DNA of 63,688 nt, filler included, from Nemertoderma westbladi (GCA_032718475.1; 4 parts of 4 records of this genome joined end to end with filler, not necessarily neighbours in it), one strand, 5' to 3'; counted from the whole stretch's first letter, positions 1 to 12,743 are shown. The notes: a model not told the origin generated them from the letters alone. Numbers and translations are program-made.

Positions 1-970
1 TACAGTACTAACCAAATCCCCCATAATGTAGGCCTACAGTACTAACCCAATCCCCCATAATGTAGGCCTACAGTACTAACCCAATCCCCCATAATGTAGG
101 CCTACAGTACTAACCATTCCCCCATAATGTAGGCCTACAGTACTAACCCAATCCCCCATAATGTAGGCCTACAGTACTAACCCAATCCCCCATAATGTAG
201 GCCTACAGTACTAACCAAATCCCCCATAATGTAGGCCTACAGTACTAACCCAATCCCCCATAATGTAGGCCTACAGTACTAACCCAATCCCCCATAATGT
301 AGGCCTACAGTACTAACCCAATCCCCCATAATGTAGGCCTACAGTACTAACCAAATCCCCCATAATGTAGGCCTACAGTACTAACCCAATCCCCCATAAT
401 GTAGGCCTACAGTACTAACCAAATCCCCCATAATGTAGGCCTACAGTACTAACCCAATCCCCCATAATGTAGGCCTACAGTACTAACCAAATCCCCCATA
501 ATGTAGGCCTACAGTACTAACCAAATCCCCCATAATGTAGGCCTACAGTACTAACCAAATCCCCCATAATGTAGGCCTACAGTACTAACCAAATCCCCCA
601 TAATGTAGGCCTACAGTACTAACCCAATCCCCCATAATGTAGGCCTACAGTACTAACCCAATCCCCCATAATGTAGGCCTACAGTACTAACCAAATCCCC
701 CATAATGTAGGCCTACAGTACTAACCCAATCCCCCATAATGTAGGCCTACAGTACTAACCAAATCCCCCATAATGTAGGCCTACAGTACTAACCCAATCC
801 CCCATAATGTAGGCCTACAGTACTAACCAAATCCCCCATAATGTAGGCCTACAGTACTAACCCAATCCCCCATAATGTAGGCCTACAGTACTAACCAAAT
901 CCCCCATAATGTAGGCCTACAGTACTAACCCAATCCCCCATAATGTAGGCCTACAGTACTAACCAAATCC
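1..970. repeat. 34-bp tandem satellite (TACAGTACTAACC[A/C]AATCCCCCATAATGTAGGCC), ~28 copies, runs off the window start
   Basis: Exact 34-bp period. One recurrent A/C variant position. The palindrome TGTAGGCCTACA spans each unit junction. No unique spacers. Confidence 0.97.
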
Positions 971-1145
971 TAACTCATCTCAACCCTATCCCAATTATTA
1001 CTCCACGCTCACACTACTACCCCAACCCCTTTCTGAAACCTAAACCAGCGTGAACCCTAACCAAACCTAACCCACCCCTGACCCAACTCAACAACAGTAT
1101 TCATTGAATTAATAAAACGATTTCATTTAATTACAGTAATACTTA

Positions 1146-3582
1146 CTAATTATCCCCTCCAGGTCTATTGCTTGCCTGCCGAAAAAACACCGATATAGCG
1201 CCATCCACCGCACCATCTTCAAAATCGTTGAGAAGAACAGCTCCTATAATACAAAATAATCATATATTTATAACAGATATCAATATTATGATTAAATCAT
1301 ATTTATTAAATATGATTTATAACAAAAATTTAAATCTTCCCTACACAGTATTAATTGGTACAATAGTATGATATTAATAGTAGGCCTATGCATATAGTTT
1401 ATAGCAAAATAATGGTTAAACAACGGACGCAACCCCCCCCCCCCCCCCCCCCCCATATCTAACGATTACAAGAAATAACATTACACCCGTGCATACAGTA
1501 CCGATTAGAACCGACTTTACAGCAATTTAATTTCAAAGTAATTTCCATGATATTAATAATTAATAATAATATTGCATTTAAAAAAGATAGCGCTGGCTGA
1601 TGGTATCCATGGTTTACTTAATATTCTAGAATATTATAATATCATATAAAATTTTTTTGTCTTCTTTACACTCGCTCACTTCGTTCGTTCTTGTAACAAA
1701 CCACTTGGTTCCACACAATTTAAGCGCTACATATTTACAGACATGTATGTAAATATTTATTACAGTATTTACTTTACAATTAGTCTAAAAGTACAATAAA
1801 CCATTTACGCTGCAACTTACGTGAAACTCCAATTCTTGGGTTTGAAACTGGCCGGTCAGAAATAGTCGCTGAGCGATCGAACATGGCTTGAGGAGATTGA
1901 CGGTCAATGATAATGGGTTGCGAGTGTGGGCGGTCGACACTGGGCTGTGGATGTGGACGGCCAACTACCGTGGGATGTGAATGTGGACGGTACAAAGTAG
2001 TGGACGATTGCGAAAAATCGAATGAGACCGGGACAGGTTGCGGGGCCAATGTGGATGGGGAGAAAGCGCGCCGAGAGCGTTCTTCATTGGAAAGTAGAGA
2101 GATGCTACGTGGTTCTAGTTGTCCAATATTCAGTATTGAATTTGATTCACACTGCAAGTATTCATCACTTGGTAATTGCGAAAACTCAAGATCCTGTTGC
2201 ACCACCGGCGGTGCAAGCGATGTTACATAAGGATACTCAGGAATTGCAGGAATGTTTCTGAAACCAATAACAGTAAATTCGGATGCTCGTGTCATATATA
2301 AAGTTTACATTAAAATTATTTTATTCCAAAATTGTAACATTACTCAACGCCGTTAGTATTAACAGCGAGTTGTTATTTAGCACTTTACAACTTTAGAGGA
2401 CATTACATCATTGTATTGGCCTGTACATTTAGTATTGTATTTGGTGTTATTGTTTACGTGGTAACCATGACGGCGTTAAGTAATGTCCCCCTAGTGGACA
2501 TTACTTAACGCCGTCATGGGTTACCACGTAAACAATAGGTGGAAATTTGTCTGGCAGCCAGATAGGCCTACTGCATTACCTACCGGTAGGCGGGGTATAG
2601 CTATTAATAACCAGTAGGGCCTAGCTATATTATTATAACATGGCTCCAAACGCCACCATAAATATAAACTAACTTATTTATAACATAATTTATGTCATTT
2701 TTACAATTATTTATACAGCAACTAATATAATTTGTGCAGTTTCTATCACTTATAATGTATATGTACAATCATTTCGTAATGTTAAAATTTTGGAATAAAA
2801 CTACATACATACTTGTTGCAAAGTACTTTACAGTGTTCTGATCCTCGTGGCTTTATTTTCACTCACTCACTAACGTTCGTTCGTGTAACAAAGCCACTCG
2901 GATCATCACTTTGATCATCAAGTGCTACTTTACACAGAAGTATGTAAATAGTTATTACATAATAATTCTAATGTACTGTACTAATTATTGGTAATGAGAA
3001 CAATAATAAGATATAAATTTTACCTGCTGCTGCTAGTGCACTGAATGTCCTGTCGAACTCCAGCTGTTTCTTCATCCATAGTATCACTCTCATTTCCAAC
3101 CGCAACCCGTTTCTTTCCTCTGAATCGTGTTGCGATACCAATGGAATACCCATCTTGATCGCTAGCACTTGCAATGTCCGAACCCTCACAGACAACGCGC
3201 TCCTCTATTGCCTTAGCTGCCAATAGATCATCTGAAAAATATTATTAACATTGAAATTTAGTCTACAGTAATGTAATAATTATTATTTGATTTAATAATT
3301 ATTAGATTGTTAGATATTCATATACGATGATCCTATCTAATTATCAGAATACTACCGTTAAAATACCTTTCATGAGTTTCGAATAAATGTGCAAGGCCAA
3401 GATCCCCATTGCCCAACTGCAGTGTCACCAGCACGTAACGACTCCCTCAGCGCCTTGGATGCAAGTTTAGTGTTTATGGGATATGCTGATGTAAGTCCAT
3501 CGGCCGACAACCATCCACTACATATTGTTGCAACTTCCTCAACGCCATCCGGGCCCGTGAAGATGACAACACAATAAGCCAT
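1146..3582 (-). pseudogene. Spliced DUF4806/BEN-like transposon accessory gene, probably internally deleted (exons ~3582-3372, 3231-3024, 2257-1821, 1243-1146)
   Basis: N-terminus MAYCVVIF..VEEVATICSGWL..AYP..W and DDLLAAKAIEE..SDIAS, a Pro/Ser-rich linker, and C-terminus AVLL..GAISVFFRQASNRPGG resemble DUF4806-type ORFs of animal CMC/EnSpm elements. Introns 2 and 3 are GT-AG and in phase. The intron-1 donor reads GA instead of GT. Exon 4 may instead end at a GTAAGT donor at 1146. Confidence 0.6.
2319..2952. mobile_element. Unclassified non-autonomous element with 23-bp inverted repeats, a central hairpin and a structured 3' module (copy 1, intronic)
   Basis: IR TTTTATTCCAAAATTGTAACATT at 2319-2341 vs 2778-2800. 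~41-bp-arm hairpin at 2448-2537. Nested IRs at 2802-2950. A second copy starts at ~39939. Confidence 0.8.
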
Positions 3583-4069
3583 ATGTACAGAATATATACA
3601 GAATATCGTATATAAACAGAATATCGAAATATTACAGTTAGTTCAGGTTTACCAATCAGACAGCAATTTAATTAATGTATTACAAAAATTTAAGGAAATA
3701 AAAAAAACAATAAAACTGTTAATGCAATAATATCCATCACAGTTCAGTACCTACTTGTATTGCATGCATATATGTTCTTTAGGTAAGTAGATGCATTTAC
3801 TAATAATGTGAATAATAATAATAGTGTGAATACAGTAAACATTATACTGTAATATGCAAATTTACTCAAATCCTATAATATAATAATACACAATGAGATG
3901 GCAGTGTGAGTCAGAATAATACTGACAAATATAGTGTAAGCAACCAATCAGAAGCAATATATTATAACACCATAGGCAGGTATTGTGTTGTTGGGCAGTG
4001 TGTCTACTGTAATATCCATCCACATGGGAATGTATCATGGCGTCTGTCTGGCACATTGTAGAACTACAA

Positions 4070-4354
4070 TATGAACGTTATTTCACTTAAAAATAACGTT
4101 GAAAATTAACGTTTATAATTAAACTCGGAATTAACGTTGCTATCGAACGTCATCACACATTGAGAGATCGATGAAAATTAACGTTCGAATTTTACGCTGA
4201 ATTAACGACTATGATTGGTTTATTTTAAACATGTAATTTTTCTAGCATAGTGGAACGTTAATCAAACGTTGAACAATATGTTATTTATTCATGTGATTTT
4301 CCAACTTAATCCACACCTATATTAACGTAAATTTAACGTACCATGTTTGCAGGG
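4070..4354 (-). mobile_element. EnSpm/CMC-like terminus with AACGT subterminal repeats
   Basis: Dense [T/A]AACGT motifs end in ATGTTTGCAGGG (CCCTGCAAACAT on minus). It lies upstream of the DUF4806-like gene. The same terminus recurs at 6742. Confidence 0.55.
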
Positions 4355-4489
4355 TGGTTAAATAGAATCATTCTTGTATTAGAAAATTGTAATGTAATTT
4401 AGTCACGTTAATATTTATTGCAACAGGTCCACTGGAATATAGTGTTGTAATTATTCACTGTCATGCAACTATCACTCAAGTTGTACCTT

Positions 4490-5540
4490 GTGGTCTTACT
4501 TTTGTACCTGGGGGGGGGGGGGGGGGGGGTGTGGTCTTACTTTTTTTACCTGGGGGGGGGGGGGTGTCTTACTTTTGTACTAGGGGGTCTTACTTTTGTT
4601 TCAGGGTGTCTTACTTTCGTACCAGGGGGGTCTTACTTTTGTACTTGGCGGGGTCTTACTTTTGTACCTGGAGGGGTCATACTTGGACTTACTTTTGTAC
4701 CTGGGGGTCTTACACTACTTTTGTACCTAAGGGGGGGGGGGGGGGGGGGGTGGTATTACTTTTGTACCTGCAGGTCTTACTTTTGTTCCAGGGGAGTCTT
4801 ACCTTTCTACCAGGGGGGTCTTACTTTTGTACATGGGGGGGGGGGGGGCTTACTTTTGTACCTAGAGGGGTCATACTTTTGTACCAAGGGGTATTACTTT
4901 TGTACCTGGAGGGGTCATACCTTTGTACCTGGGAGGTCTTACTTTTGTACCTGGGGAGGGTCTTACGTTTGTACCTGGGGGTCTTACGTTTGTACCAGGG
5001 GGTCTTACTTTTGTACCTTGGGGGGGGGGGGGGTCTTACGTTTGTACCTGAAGGATCTTACTTTTGTACCTGGGGTGGGTCTTACGTTTGTACCTGGGGG
5101 CCTTACGTTTGTACCAGGGGGTCTTACTTTTGTACCAGGGGGATTTACTTTTGTACCTGGAGGTCTTACTTTTGTTCCAGGGGAGTCTTACCTTTCTACC
5201 AGGGGGGTCTTACTTTTGTACATGGGGGGTGGGGGCTTACTTTTGTACCTGGATGGGTCATACCTTTGTACCTGGGAGGTCTTACTTTTGTACCTGGGGT
5301 GGGTCTTACGTTTGTACCTGGGGGTCTTACGTTTGTACCAGGGGTTCTTACTTTTGTACCTTGGGGGGGGGGGGGGGGGTCTTACGTTTGTACCTGGGGG
5401 TCTTACTTTTGTACCAGGGGGTCTTACTTTTGTACCAGGGGGATTTACTTTTGTACCAGGGCGGGGAAGGGGGGGTCTTACATTTGTAGTGTCTTTGGTC
5501 TTAAGGTGTTGGGTCTTGGGTCTTTATTTTGTACTCCCAT
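4490..5540. repeat. G-rich ~20-21-bp minisatellite (GGGGGTCTTACTTTTGTACC[T/A]) with variable G-tracts
   Basis: About 45 degenerate units with higher-order block duplication. It explains the spurious ORFs 4463-5542, 4531-5547 and 5064-5489. Confidence 0.92.
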
Positions 5541-6419
5541 AATATAACTACCGTAGCTGCAATATTAATTAGTTTACATGTTCTTCAATATATTATTGTG
5601 ATGTGCAATATTATTGAATTTATAACGATGCAATATTGAATATTTCTTTCAATTTTGGTATTATTTTTTTATACTGTAGTTTTGTTTATTTCTCATATTT
5701 TTGTTTATAGAAGTTTATTTAGCCAATAAATAGTACAGTACGTTATGCCGATTTATATTACTGATATACTGTAAATTTAGCATTGAATTATTTTTTATTC
5801 CGGGCAAAATTTGTTAAATAAGTTCATTTTCGACTGCCAATTATTTATATAAAAACGGCACTACGTTTATTCAGTGTGAGTGGCTAAATAATATAAACAC
5901 CGTTCGTTACCATCGTTAAATGATTGGTGAGGTTTGATATACAGTGTACAGTAGTTATTACAAACAATAAATTGGTTTCATTCTACCCCCAGCGTCTGCA
6001 AAAAACGCAAGTCTAACGTTAAATGACGTCAGACTCTAAATAGTTATTAATTTCCTATAATTTAATTTTAAATTATCAATTAAATTGTTTGATAACTAAT
6101 AAATTTAAATAATTTAATCAAATGATTTATCTAACGTAGAGGCCAAATAGGTATGTGATAGTATTTTATATAAATCTAAACAAATTTCTTAGCAATTGAT
6201 CAAAAGTCATCATAATTCTTCTCAGAAATAATCCGATATTTATTTTGCCTAAATGCATTGAAGGTTCCACTCCTAAGGTGTAGTGTAGGTGTAGGGGCGT
6301 AGGCTGTGTAGGTTAGGGTTAGGTCCCCCCCAGTCCCTTGCAGGTCCACCAAGTAACTGCCGCTGTGGTCCATGAAGTAAATCTCAAACTTGATCTTTTT
6401 CATGCTTTTGAATCAAAAA

Positions 6420-6742
6420 TAACGTATTAGTGACGTATTTTTTTAACGTATTATTGACGTATTTTTTTAACGTATTTATTTAACGTAGTAACCCCGGCCA
6501 ATAATACGTTAATTTAACGTAATGGTACGTTCATAAATAACGTTAATAATATACGGCAGTTAACGTTATTTTCAGACATGAGTTAATTAGTATGATTTGA
6601 GTAAAATTTATGTATATTTTTAACGTAGTAACCCCGGCCAATAATACGTTAATTTAACGTAAGGGCACGTTAAAAAATAACGTTGGAATGGTAGAATATT
6701 AACGTAAATTAACGTTAAATTAACGTCAAAATGTTTGCAGGG
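6420..6742 (-). mobile_element. Second EnSpm/CMC-like terminus with TAACGT subterminal repeats
   Basis: Ends in ATGTTTGCAGGG as at 4354. Internal 42-bp direct duplication at 6481 and 6621. Confidence 0.55.
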
Positions 6743-6789
6743 AGGCCCACATAAGTCTGTATATGTTACATTGCAGCATTGAAAGCCAT

Positions 6790-7030
6790 TGGTGAATGAA
6801 GGAGTGATACTGGTTCTTTGTGACATACCGGTCGAATGGAATCCGGAATCCACTCAACGCTATTTTACCCGTCGACTTTTTAAACAGTGTAATCTAGATG
6901 CTAGTACATCATACCCTAGTAGGCTAGATTTTCTAAAGTTAGAATCACTTGAACTACACCGTATTCTTGGAGATATGACTGTAGCAGTCTAGTGTATACA
7001 TGTTGTCTATGTATTTAATTTCAATTGTTT
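6790..7030 (+). pseudogene. 3' fragment of a CR1-type LINE ORF2
   Basis: WNP..QRYFTRRLF..SYPSRLDFLKLESLELHR..D is typical of the post-RT region of CR1-group LINEs. Confidence 0.6.
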
Positions 7031-7223
7031 TGCGAACTCATCTTCAACCCATACAAACTACTGTATGTAGGAATTTCATTAGTCTCCCAAAACTTGAAAC
7101 TTGAACAGAGCCGCCTCCGTTTTGCATGACATTGCTTTCACCGTGGGGACCAGAGCCAGTACGATCTTGTGCTTAGGCTGCCTCATAGACGAGAGCCCAT
7201 GACTTTCTTGAGACGCCTCTTAA

Positions 7224-9056
7224 CCCTACTAAGGGGCCGTCCAAGTATGACGTCTGCACTTTTCCCCAAAATGTTGACCACCTCCCTCCCCTAAATCAGA
7301 TGTCATCAGATAGGCGTTGACCCCCTCCCTCCCCTAAATCAGATGTCATCAGATAGGCGTTGACCCCACCCACCCCCCCCCCCCCCTCTCCCCTAAATCA
7401 TATTAAAAAAAAAATTGTATTACATAAACTATTATAAAATAATAGGCCTATATGAACCGGTAGAGGTACCGGTACTGCAGTCTCTAAAAATCATTAGCTT
7501 AGGATTAATGTTTCATTTTCAGGCGAACCCCAGTACTGCAGTACCCCAGTAGCACACGTCCTCTTCACTGAAACATTATGACTGGTAACTGAAACAGAAG
7601 GTCGTGCTACGGGCCTTCGGGGGCTTCGAACAATTAAAATAGGCAAGCTATTTACTCTTCTGCTATATCTCTTCTAGCACCTATAAATAAACATGCTGAC
7701 GTCTGATTTTGGCTGACCCCCTCCCCTCCCCTCATCAGCACGTCATCAGATTTCCCCCCCCCCCTGACGTGCTGACGTCATACTTGGACGGCCCCTAAAC
7801 CCGGGGGGGGGGGGGGGGGTTCAATATGACCCACCCGTGGTTTTTTGTTATAATTCTGAAACAAACGCAGTTGGGAATCTGAAATTCCATGCCTTTTCCT
7901 AAAAATCTATTGTCTTCCTAGTAGAGAAAACCATTTTCAAAAATATTGGGTAGTTTTCGAGTTATACAGTAGCACCATTTTTTATCCCTAGTTTTGGCAC
8001 TTTTTTGAGCCTTTTTTTGAAAATCACATTTCAGTAAATATGATTTGTAACATCTCTATTTTTGATTTACACCGGTTTTTTGGTGTTAGCAATTGGATGG
8101 AATTCATATAAATTGATTTCGAAATTTCAAACTTGTTTTTTTCGGCGGGTGCGAAAATTTGGTGCCAGCACCAAATTTTGAAATACTGTATGACAATTTT
8201 GTAAATTGATTGTTTGAAACTTGTATTTTACTCAATTGGGGTTTTTTTGGGTCCTGGTTTCGATGGAATATATAAGAGATGCACCAAACGCGTCAAACTT
8301 GTATTTTTCGGTGCTGTGTGCAAATTTTGGTGCTAGCACGAAATTTTGAAAATCCATTCAATAGATAAAATTGCTTGTGACAATTAATTTTTTGCGTTTT
8401 ATATTATATATTTATTATTATATATTTTATGAGGGTCTTGAATCCGATGGAATCAATAAAAACAGAACTGGACATCGCAAACTTGTACTTTTTGGTGATG
8501 GGTACGAAATTTGGTGCTAGCACCAAAATTTGCCAAATTACGCCGACAAATACAGTAGCAATGATCTGGCATATTAGAAATGTATTCCATTAGAATCAGC
8601 GCCCTAGAAAACCTGAAAATGTGAATTTATAGCATCGTATAAGTGAATTAAAAATTTTGTGTTCTAACTGAAAAGTGCTGGTTACTTGTTTTTTTCATTT
8701 TTTTCCTACGCACAGAGGAGTTAACAGCCATTTATAGTAATCATATCATTTTTAAATATTTTCCAATGTACTTTGCGCCCCAGAAAACCTGTATTGAAAA
8801 ACAATTAGCCGAAAAATGTAACTTTCAAATTTTGTGAAAATTGTGCACTACTTGTAATTTTGGTGCTGCAATATAACCACCCCAGTACATTTCGTCGTTT
8901 TTCGGTCAGAGCCAGACTAGTGATACCTATGTACAAATAAAAAATCAGAGACGTTTTCGTAAAAATTTGTAGATTTAAGATATGACCACCCCCCCCCCCC
9001 CCCCCCCCCCCCCCAGCGGTATTTGTACAACATTTTATACCCCGGTACTAATAGGG
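7224..9056 (+). mobile_element. Non-autonomous piggyBac-type element (copy 1)
   Basis: TTAA TSD at 7220-7223 and 9057-9060. Termini CCCTA..TAGGG. Homologous, in inverted orientation, to 51722-52877. Confidence 0.9.
7233..7795. mobile_element. PIF/Harbinger-type MITE nested in the left TIR of the piggyBac-type element
   Basis: TIRs GGGGCCGTCCAAGTATGACGTC / GACGTCATACTTGGACGGCCCC. TAA TSD at 7230-7232 and 7796-7798. Removing it restores a TIR like that of copy 2. Confidence 0.9.
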
Positions 9057-9609
9057 TTAAAGGACACTGGCCTTGAAGATGCGGATGATCTAGCAAATGT
9101 CATGGGTGATGGTAGGGAGTTGTGGCTTCGAAATTTTGTCCACAAGCCGGCACAGCATTCTTAATATATTTAATATATATGTAATATAATGCAGCATGCC
9201 GATAGTACTGTGTAATACAGTAGATAATAATCCGATGTAACATACGATCTCTACCACACCATGCCCTGTTTCACAATTAATTTCAAGCAGGATTGCTTGT
9301 TCCGTTTATTAAATAACACTATACTAATATTCAAGGCTTATTAATACAAGAATACTAATACTAATTCAAACTACCGTACCGGTATATGGTAACTAATTTA
9401 CTGTATGCACTGTAGGTATGTCTATATATATTTGAGATAAATATAAGCTAGAACTCAATGGAATGTGAAATATAGCAGGATCCGATGTGAATGTTTTTAA
9501 CATTTCAGAATCCGTATCTGAATATTATTCGGTTGAGCCCATAAGCTATCATATATTATATATAGGCCATATTCCTTTGTCTATGTCTATATTTATTTAT
9601 TTATGAATA

Positions 9610-11214
9610 ATGTCGAAGAGATTAAACAAACTTAACCCATCTGGAATTTTTAATCAAAACTGTCAATCTAATACTGTTTATTGTGGCTCATGTCAATTTT
9701 GGTTCCATATAAAGTGTGAGAGACTCACTAAAGAAGACTTAGGTACATTGGAATTGGCCCCACAAGATTACCACTGTGCCCAATGTATATGCGACAATAC
9801 AGAAAATATAAATTATGGCCAATCTATAGATCGCATATATACCTCATCTCTTGAAGGATTAACTTACTTATAAAAAGCTGTCTCAGTGGATTTGATTTTA
9901 ATACGAAACAAAGACTTCATTGTTCCTTCTTGTATGGCCTATTTCAACAGGAATTTTCACGATATCGATATGTTAGCCCAACATTTATTGCATACCTATG
10001 GGAAAGGAAGTAAACATTTATGTCCAGTAGTTGTAACAGGTGATTGGTAATTTTTTTCAGCACTGTCAGTTGCATTAACAGGCAATAAAGGATGTGCTGT
10101 AGAGCTACGTTATCGAACTTGTTAAGAGATGATTAAGCATGCTGTGCTGATTATTATAAGGAGCAGAACACATCATCATATGTGGATTTAGATAAAGTCT
10201 TCCCAGATTATTCAAAATCATCTCTTGACTGTTCAAGAATCAGGGCATTTTCTTCAGCGTGGAAGTTTTGTGGAGCTGCATCTGTAATAGGGATTCCTAT
10301 TCACTTTGTTTATCCACCTGTCAATGGTCTTATGGATGCATGCAGTCGTACTCTGAACAGAACATTTAAGCCACGGCCTTATGGTATGGCAAAATCTAGT
10401 TCTTGTCCATCATTTCCTATATATATATATATTGTGGTATGGAATCCAGCACCATTTGGACACCTAACCATTTCGTTCCCTTATTACAACTACAAGTTCA
10501 TTCACAAAACTCCCCAGTAATTGTATCTGACTCTCCAACTAGTAATATACCTTGCCGTGACAAATGTAAAAGAAAGTTGGACTTTGACATCGAAGTAGAG
10601 CAGCCAGTACCATTACTTACCTCTACTCCTTTGAAGGATGAATCTATTGTTGAAGACATACATACTACTGTAGAGCTCTGTAAAAGCACCAACAGAAGTT
10701 ATTGAGGCATCGCCCATACCAGATTGTTTTATGAAAATTGATGAAATTTTACATTTTTACAATTTTACTGGATAATACATTTACCAGAACTGTATATGAC
10801 AGTGTTCCTTCTGGTATCAAAAACAATGTTTTCTTTATTATTAATAATGAAAATAATATTAATCGGAAAACCCTGGGATTAAGAGCTAACTACTCTGATG
10901 ATTGCGGGGTTTGGTCTTCAAATTCTGTTAAAAAATTGAGTCTCGTTGTTGAATCCAGAAGTGATTCTAGCAGTCAGAAAACGTTAAGATCTATTATTAT
11001 TCGTAATGGTCTCTATGGCACGATGGCTACTCGAAATGGAAAGTTAATATTCCAGCCTCTGGAACCACAGCCTTTGGTGGATATGATTGTATAAATGTAT
11101 ATATCAATAGGTATTATGCTACTTTGAAAAGTAATAAACGTTATAAGCATATATAACATTATATAGCGTGTCATGAGTTTCGAATTTATACATGGAAATC
11201 TCGAAATTATTTCA
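9610..11214 (+). pseudogene. 5' part of a decayed DNA-transposon ORF: PHD finger, OTU/vertnin-like domain and start of a MULE-like transposase
   Basis: PHD-like VYCGSCQFWFHIKC..YHCAQC. OTU-like VVTGD/GNFFSALSVALTG..ELRYRTC and WTPNHFVPLL. YSDDCGVWSS motif. Many stops and frameshifts. Confidence 0.65.
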
Positions 11215-12743
11215 AATTGTTTATTTATTGTTTATTGAAATGGTTTTAGGTATTCATTAGAAGTGAAAATCAGCTCTACCATGGAGAACTCGACGAGCGC
11301 ACCAAATAAAATATACAATACAATAAAATACATATTATACTTAAAAAAGGTTAATTTGATTGATTGTAATTCTGTTTAAAAAGAAATGTCGGATAAAAAA
11401 CACTGAACGCTCCTGCAGGCTGTGTGTGTAACCCCGGGCAGCCCAGTTGGTCTGGAATGTCGCTCAGATATGTATCTAATTTTAGTTTAAATATTTCGAG
11501 ACTGCAGCCAGTCAGGTCTCGTATCTCCTTTGGCAATGAGTTAAATAGTTGCGGTCCAGTAACCACCAAGCTATTCTCGTGCAGATTGTAGACGTTTGAT
11601 TTGCAATTTTGTAGTAAGGTTGGAATCTGGCAGTTTGTACCCCATCACGAACTAGATTTCAGGGTGATTGGTTTGTTTGATAAATTGGGAACGAGGTTTT
11701 CCAATATCTTCCATACGTAAATGACGATGTAGCGTTCCCTGCGCCGTTCCAGCGTGTTTATCTTTAATTGCTTAAGGCGTTCCCAGTAGTTAAGCTTGTT
11801 CATTCCTTGGATTCTCCTCGTGACTGATCATTGTACTTCTTCTATTCTTTGAGTCTCGTGTATATTATTGTTCGGATACCACAGCTGACAACAGTAGTAG
11901 AGTTTAGATTGTACTAAAGATGTGAACAGTGTTTTCATTGTTAGCGGGTCGCATACTGTGAAAACACGTAGAATCCAGCCACATAGTTGCTTAGCGTCTC
12001 GACATGTGCTTTCAATGTGGATCTTGAAATTGCCAGTATGGCTCATGTTGATTCCAAGGTCCTTTACATCTTCATTGACTATTACAGTTTCATTACCCCC
12101 AGTGTCTCTATTTATAAACGTGTAGTTTACGCCCTGGTCTAGGCTGGGGTTCTGTGTTGGTGTATAGCGCAGGCACTCAAATTTATCGCAATGCAGTTCC
12201 ATGCCATTGTTATCGGCCCAGTCGTATATCGTGGCAAGATCTTCTTGGATCTTATTATCCGTGGTTGATGATGTAACTGGACCCGACACCCTGGTATCAT
12301 CGGCAAAGGAAGTTATTTTATTTGTTGTATTATGGTCGATGTCGTTCATCAGAATGATAAAAAGGAGAGGTCCTAGCACAGAACTTTGAATAACTCCACT
12401 TATAATGTCTTTCCAGGCTGAGCTCGCTCCGTTCAGAACTATTCGTTGCTTCCTGTTTGAGAGAAAGTTCCACAACCAGCACCCGAGCTGCCTGTAACCC
12501 TCATTATCATTCCTAATATATTTCATATTGATTACACCATTCACACAGGCAGTTTGACCTTTGACATCCTACCGTACTGGCATGCTATTATATATATATG
12601 TAATGTAGGCCTATATAAATCGATTAATTCATTCTGTGTGTGCGACGGTAATCAGTAATATACATATGCCTAATATTGGACAATAAAATTGGAATAAAGA
12701 ATTTCTGTGTACCGGTAACAAACTGTTTCCTCGCGCCCACATT

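Larger units (their letters stand above)
7090..9205 (+). mobile_element. 3' fragment of an RTE-like LINE, split at TTAA by the piggyBac-type element
   Basis: 7090-7223 and 9057-9205 rejoin to match 63210-63478 (CCCATGACTTTCTTGAGACG..TCTTAA/AGGACACTGGCCTTGAAGATGC). Confidence 0.85.

Noticed and set aside
1-970. CRISPR array (34-bp repeat with palindrome); also considered for the 22-, 54- and 93-bp arrays
   Set aside because: The units are head-to-tail with no unique spacers, there are no cas genes, and the context is eukaryotic.
4463-5547. Three long Gly/Leu-rich ORFs
   Set aside because: They are minisatellite translations.
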